The notes under the pieces: model-generated | The model's database searches: none | What the model saw: the letters and a program-made list of their open reading frames with translations, nothing else | Told to the model about the DNA's origin: nothing | Shown here: piece after piece, positions 59,640 through 64,000 of the stretch | Position numbering within the stretch: the first letter of the stretch is position 1 | How the letters are laid out: each line of letters begins with the position of its first letter | NCBI GenBank assembly: GCA_963716395.1 | Contig: OY970309.1 | Location: 2,624,001-2,688,000 of the forward strand | Length of the DNA: 64,000 nt | Direction: 5' to 3' | Source of the DNA: an uncultured Fibrobacteria bacterium | GTDB taxonomy: Bacteria; Fibrobacterota; Fibrobacteria; UBA11236 | Position numbers and translations under genes: made by a program

Positions 59640-60566
59640 ATGCGGCACGTTATTACCGATACGGCTTCGCGGGCCGTTTTATTCATGGTTATGGCGATAA
59701 TGGTTGTGGTTGATCCGGTGCGCTCCGAAGCAGCTTTGGCGGTCCCAAAGGGAAAATTTATGACATCGGAAGAACTGAAGCAGGCTATCGAAGATCCCCA
59801 CAGCCCGGTTTTCAGCAATGAGGGTATGGCCGTCATCGAGAAAAAGGAATACCCGTTTCTCAAAGACTATGTGAATCCGAAAACCACGACGGAGGATGTG
59901 CGCGAGAATTTGCTTACGGTTTTGCAGTACATCAACCAACCCTGGTGCTACCAATATTATTTGGAACTGCTGAAAGATCCGCTGTATCAAATCCGTATTC
60001 CGGCGTCGGAAGGCATGGCGGATTTGAAATTCGGAGTCAATGCTGCGGAGTTGACGGCGGAAATTTCCCGCCAGAACTCAGTAGGCCAAGAAGATCGCAA
60101 AGAGGTGGTTTCGAACCTGGTGCTGGCCGTCGGAAATACACGCGATCCCAAAGCCTTGGAACCGCTGCTCGTGCTATACAAATCCGAGAAGGATTCCGAG
60201 GTCCGCGCCGCCTACCAGGAGGCCAGCGCGAAGCTTGGTTATAAGAAAACCATTCGGGAAATAGAATTGGAATTAATCGGATCTGACGGGTTCGGGAAAG
60301 TCCGTGCCCTGGTAAAGGTGAATTATATCGACACACAGGATTGGATCGAGAAGGTGAAGCCTTTGCTTCTCGATGCCCAAACAGGTTGGACCGCTCCCAT
60401 GGGTCCGGCTACGCTCACTCTACGCGTCTGTGACCTCGCGGTAAATACACTACGCAAAATCGATCCGGAGAAGAAAATCACCTTTCCCGAAAAGTCACGC
60501 GGCGTGCATTACTCCGAAGCGGAAATGCAGGAAGCGCGTAAGGCCTACGCGGTCGCTAACAAATAA
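59640..60566 (+). CDS. HEAT-repeat immunity-like protein 3 (signal peptide; apparent mosaic of 2 and 1)
   Basis: Same family motifs; the N-half resembles paralog 2 and the C-half resembles paralog 1. Confidence 0.75.
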   Translation: MRHVITDTASRAVLFMVMAIMVVVDPVRSEAALAVPKGKFMTSEELKQAIEDPHSPVFSNEGMAVIEKKEYPFLKDYVNPKTTTEDVRENLLTVLQYINQPWCYQYYLELLKDPLYQIRIPASEGMADLKFGVNAAELTAEISRQNSVGQEDRKEVVSNLVLAVGNTRDPKALEPLLVLYKSEKDSEVRAAYQEASAKLGYKKTIREIELELIGSDGFGKVRALVKVNYIDTQDWIEKVKPLLLDAQTGWTAPMGPATLTLRVCDLAVNTLRKIDPEKKITFPEKSRGVHYSEAEMQEARKAYAVANK

Positions 60567-60581
60567 CAATAATTATAAATA

Positions 60582-61385
60582 TCACATCCGCTTCGCCAGC
60601 CAATCCACGGTCTCGCGTTCGATGCGGTCGCGATCGTAGTCGAGCGTGATCACGTGCCGGCTGCGTTCGACCTCGATCAGCCGCTTGTCCTTGGAACCCA
60701 ATTCCCGTAGCAGGCGGCGGCTGCCGGCGATGGCGCTGGTGTGATCCTTGGGGGCGTGAAAAATCAATGCGGGATTCACGACGCCGGGAAGGAAAGGCCA
60801 GGCGTTGCGCGCCGCGTGGAACACGCTGAGAATGCCGCGCAAAGGCATCGACGAGTAGGCGACGTGATCGCGCACCGCTTCGGGATCGAACATCGGCCCA
60901 CCGCCCGTTTTGGGGATCAGCCGATCCGAAGGCGGCAGCAGGCGCAGCACCCAGCGGTTGGGAAGGCCGAAGGTGCGCCCCGCCGGAACCAGAAAAGGCG
61001 CGCACAACACGAGGTTGGCGACGGGACGGCGCGCAGCCAAATACAAAGCCAGCAATCCTCCCAGACTCAGTCCGCATACCGAAACCTGCGCATGTTCGGC
61101 CTGCAACGCGTCGAAGCCCTGTTGGGCGGCATCGAGGTAGTCTTCGAAGCGCGTGTCGGCTAAATCGGCGACGGTGCGACCATGCCCGGGGAGCAAAATG
61201 CCGCGGCAAAAGCAGCCTGCGGCCGCCACCTTCTGCGCCAGAAAGCGCAGTTCGCGCGGCGAGGAACTCCAGCCATGCAAAAACAGGACGGCATGCCGGC
61301 CATGCCCGAACTCGAAGGGCTCAGCCCCGAGAATGAGGCCCGTGTCCGGATCGCGGGGAAAGGCGTCTTCGGCCGCGCGTTTCAT
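60582..61385 (-). CDS. Alpha/beta hydrolase (carboxylesterase)
   Basis: LHGW, LPGHG, GLSLGG nucleophile elbow, and D..H catalytic residues. Confidence 0.88.
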   Translation of the reverse strand: MKRAAEDAFPRDPDTGLILGAEPFEFGHGRHAVLFLHGWSSSPRELRFLAQKVAAAGCFCRGILLPGHGRTVADLADTRFEDYLDAAQQGFDALQAEHAQVSVCGLSLGGLLALYLAARRPVANLVLCAPFLVPAGRTFGLPNRWVLRLLPPSDRLIPKTGGGPMFDPEAVRDHVAYSSMPLRGILSVFHAARNAWPFLPGVVNPALIFHAPKDHTSAIAGSRRLLRELGSKDKRLIEVERSRHVITLDYDRDRIERETVDWLAKRM

Positions 61386-61396
61386 GCCGGTGCCGC

Positions 61397-62209
61397 TTAT
61401 TCAAAATGATGAAGATGAAATTTGCGGATTCTCACCAGGTTTTTGGTGAGATACGCGAAGGCCTCGTCCACCGTATCGCAGATCCGGAACAGCTTCAGAT
61501 CCGACGCGCTGATCATGCCGGTTTCTACCAGATGATCGAAATTGATGAGCTTGTTCCAAAAGGATTTGCCGTAAAGCACCACGCACATTTTTTTGGTAAT
61601 ACGTTCGGTCTGCACCAAGGTCAGCACTTCCATCATTTCATCCAAGGTGCCGAAACCGCCGGGAAACATGATGATGGCCTTGGCCATGTATACGAACCAG
61701 AATTTGCGCACGAAGAAATAGTGGAAATCGAAATTGAGCGCCGGCGTGATGTAAGGGTTGGGCTTTTGTTCGAACGGCAGTTGGATGTTGAGACCGATGG
61801 ATTTTGCGCCGCCCGCCTGGGCGCCGCGGTTGGCCGCCTCCATGATCCCCGGCCCGCCGCCCGAACAGATGGCGTAGTGGAATTCATGCTGCTCGCTCCA
61901 TTGGGCCAAGCGCAGGCTGAGTTGAAAGCAATCTTCGTAATACTGCGCTTGCAGCAAAGTGCGGTGAGCCGCCTTGGCTTCGGCCGAAGCGGCCCCGTAT
62001 TTTTTTTTGGCCGCTTTCAGGCTCGCCGTCGCCGCGGTGTGCGAGAGCACGCGCGCGGAACCGAAGAAGACGAGGGTGTCGTGGATGCCGAAGCGCCGGA
62101 AGCGGTATTCGGGTTCCAAAAATTCCGCCAGTACGCGTACGGAACGGCCGTCGCGGCCTTGCAGAAACTCATGGTTCATGGTGGCGGCGGAGAATCCGTT
62201 TTTTTTCAT
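61397..62209 (-). CDS. LOG-family (TIGR00730-like) protein
   Basis: FFGSAR, GGGPGIMEAANRGA, LPFEQ, FHYFFVRK and PGGFGTLDE. Confidence 0.92.
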   Translation of the reverse strand: MKKNGFSAATMNHEFLQGRDGRSVRVLAEFLEPEYRFRRFGIHDTLVFFGSARVLSHTAATASLKAAKKKYGAASAEAKAAHRTLLQAQYYEDCFQLSLRLAQWSEQHEFHYAICSGGGPGIMEAANRGAQAGGAKSIGLNIQLPFEQKPNPYITPALNFDFHYFFVRKFWFVYMAKAIIMFPGGFGTLDEMMEVLTLVQTERITKKMCVVLYGKSFWNKLINFDHLVETGMISASDLKLFRICDTVDEAFAYLTKNLVRIRKFHLHHFE

Positions 62210-62418
62210 GCCGGGTATTTTGGTTGCAGGGTGTGGGCGAGAGTGAAGATCGGGGGCGAAGAACGGCGCATCCGCATGGGATCATAACATAATCGCGTTC
62301 GGACTCGAAGAAACCCCGCGGGGAGGATCTCTTTTTGCCGGAAGAAAAAGGCGGCGCGCGAACTGCATCCGCCACACCTCGGCGGCAGCCGCCGTTCCGG
62401 CCATATTACAATACCCCC

Positions 62419-63408
62419 ATGTTCCGACTCCGCGCCCGGCTGCGTTGGTTCCTGCGCCGGCGGTTGCGCCGCCTCGTCCACCGCCCGCCGGTTTCCCCGG
62501 AGCGTTGGCGCAGCGTGCTGTTTCTGTTCGCCGGCACCCACGGCGATGCCGTGCAAATTCTCCGGCCGTTGCACCTTCTGTCCGCCGCCGCGCCGCAGGC
62601 GAAAATTTATTTGCAGGCGCCCGCTCCCGTGTTCGCTGCCTTCCGCGCCTTTTGGCCGGAGATGGTGGAACGCGTAGGTTACCTCGGCGCCTGGCGCCGG
62701 CGCGCTGCGGATTTGTTGTGTACCAATGCGGTGGGTGTTTACCGCGTGCGCTTCGACCTGCTGGCGGCCTGCGGGGGATCGCTGGCTCTGGGTTTTCGCC
62801 ATGTTGGAGAAGCGCGACGCCCGGCCTATTCCGCCACGCTGCCTTTGACGCCCGCGGTGCGCAACTTCGAATCGGCCAACCTGGCCTTGTTGCGCCTAGC
62901 GGGCCTCCGCATCGCGGCCGAATCGCCGCCGCCACCGTCCCCGGAAGGGGAGACGGTGCTCCTGCATGTGGGTAGCGTAGGATTCCGCCGCCGGGTGGGA
63001 GAAGAGGGCTACCGGCTATTGCTGCAGGGCATACTGGAGGTGCTGGGAAATTCGGTGCGGATCATCGCGTATGGGCCGGGCGACGAAGAGGTGGTCGAAA
63101 GTCTCAAGCGCTCCCCGAACTCAACAGCCGCGGAGTTCCGCCACGATCCCTTGCCCGCTTTGGCGCAACAGGTGCGCGCGCACCCGGGCCGCATCGTTTG
63201 CGTCGATAGTTTCTTCGCCCACTTCTGCCGCTATCTCGGCAGGGCCGCTTGGGTATTCCATATCGAGGGCGTTCCCGATGGCTACGACTGCGATCCACCG
63301 CATCGGCAAATCGTTTTGCCGGCCGCTGTGTTCGCAAAACCCGCCGCCCTGCGCGCGATTTTACGCGAAGTTTTGTGGCCCGCCGTCGTGCCGGGCATCC
63401 CGAAATAA
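62419..63408 (+). CDS. Glycosyltransferase family 9 (heptosyltransferase)-like protein
   Basis: HGDAV..LRPL..L near the N-terminus, LHVGS, GPGDE and DS..AH; divergent. Confidence 0.5.
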   Translation: MFRLRARLRWFLRRRLRRLVHRPPVSPERWRSVLFLFAGTHGDAVQILRPLHLLSAAAPQAKIYLQAPAPVFAAFRAFWPEMVERVGYLGAWRRRAADLLCTNAVGVYRVRFDLLAACGGSLALGFRHVGEARRPAYSATLPLTPAVRNFESANLALLRLAGLRIAAESPPPPSPEGETVLLHVGSVGFRRRVGEEGYRLLLQGILEVLGNSVRIIAYGPGDEEVVESLKRSPNSTAAEFRHDPLPALAQQVRAHPGRIVCVDSFFAHFCRYLGRAAWVFHIEGVPDGYDCDPPHRQIVLPAAVFAKPAALRAILREVLWPAVVPGIPK

Positions 63409-63506
63409 AGGCAGGCTTTTCCATTGCGCCGGGGTAAAAAGTTCCGGGAACAAAACTGAATGCGGGTGAAATTCCCCGGAATTTAAAGAAAACCTCGATT
63501 TTATTC

Positions 63507-63521
63507 TGGCACTTCACTTGC
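63507..63521 (+). promoter_or_regulatory. Sigma54 (-24/-12) promoter for flgB
   Basis: TGGCAC-TTCAC-TTGC, a perfect consensus ending 27 nt upstream of the flgB ATG. Confidence 0.85.
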
Positions 63522-63548
63522 TGCCGTTACTTGGGACGAGCCAGCATC

Positions 63549-63965
63549 ATGTTCATTAACCAAGCCGTTTTCAGTTCCACCGCCATTCCGGCCCTGGCCA
63601 AAAGCCTGGACGCGGCCACCTTGCGCGGCAAAGCGATTGCCGCCAACCTGGCCAACATCACCACGCCCGGGTACCAGCGTATCGACGTGCAATTCGAGTC
63701 GACGCTGCAACAAAAGCTGGCCGAGATTCAAAGCGACGGACAAAAGCCCGTCGATCCGGCGGCGATCCGGGCGGTGTTCCAAAACACCGAACCCGTGGCC
63801 TACCGGCCCGACGATCCCACCCGACCGGGAGAGATCAACAATGTCGACATCGACGCCGAGGCCGCCCAACTGGCCAAAACCCAGATTCAATTCGACTTCG
63901 GCGCCAAACTCATGCAGACAGAGCGCGGCATGATCGAATCGGCCGTGCAAGAGCCCAAAGGCTGA
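63549..63965 (+). CDS. flgB: Flagellar basal-body rod protein FlgB
   Basis: LDAA.LR..AIAANLANITTPGY and NNVDID.E. Confidence 0.92.
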   Translation: MFINQAVFSSTAIPALAKSLDAATLRGKAIAANLANITTPGYQRIDVQFESTLQQKLAEIQSDGQKPVDPAAIRAVFQNTEPVAYRPDDPTRPGEINNVDIDAEAAQLAKTQIQFDFGAKLMQTERGMIESAVQEPKG

Positions 63966-63979
63966 AGCGGAGGCGACGC

Positions 63980-64000
63980 ATGGGAATGATGGGAATGTTC
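63980..64000 (+). CDS. Start of the next flagellar gene (probably flgC), truncated by the window edge
   Basis: GGAGG RBS then ATG (MGMMGMF); the identity rests only on its position after flgB. Confidence 0.45.

Overview
A GC-rich bacterial window, probably Fibrobacterota. That assignment is an inference from a Fibrobacter-type LexA box, secreted proteins with T9SS-like C-terminal domains, and a TSP3-OmpA protein. In order the window holds: (1) a group 3b [NiFe]-hydrogenase (sulfhydrogenase-type) operon with hypA/F/C/D/E but no hypB; (2) xerD, a head-to-head junction of two gene remnants, and tRNA-Lys(CTT); (3) an accessory region with an IS5-like remnant, a secreted protein, and a type I restriction-modification operon whose hsdR/hsdS are riddled with indels and which carries a PIN toxin-antitoxin pair and two unknown genes; (4) an orphan SOS-regulated umuD; (5) a GH74 xyloglucanase; (6) a cytochrome bc plus caa3-type oxidase operon with several gene fusions; (7) assorted membrane and secreted proteins, a GldAFG-like ABC system and the pyruvate dehydrogenase operon; (8) radC followed by an orphan vgrG-DUF2169 island; (9) housekeeping genes and the start of a sigma54-driven flgB operon. 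The best candidate for an undescribed system is (8). It encodes a peptidoglycan-binding zinc-metalloprotease effector without a recognisable PAAR domain, three signal-peptide HEAT-repeat immunity-like paralogs (one apparently a mosaic of the other two), and an internally deleted orphan copy of the effector C-terminus, which is the layout of a polymorphic toxin/immunity array. All family calls come from motif recognition by eye; no database searches were run.
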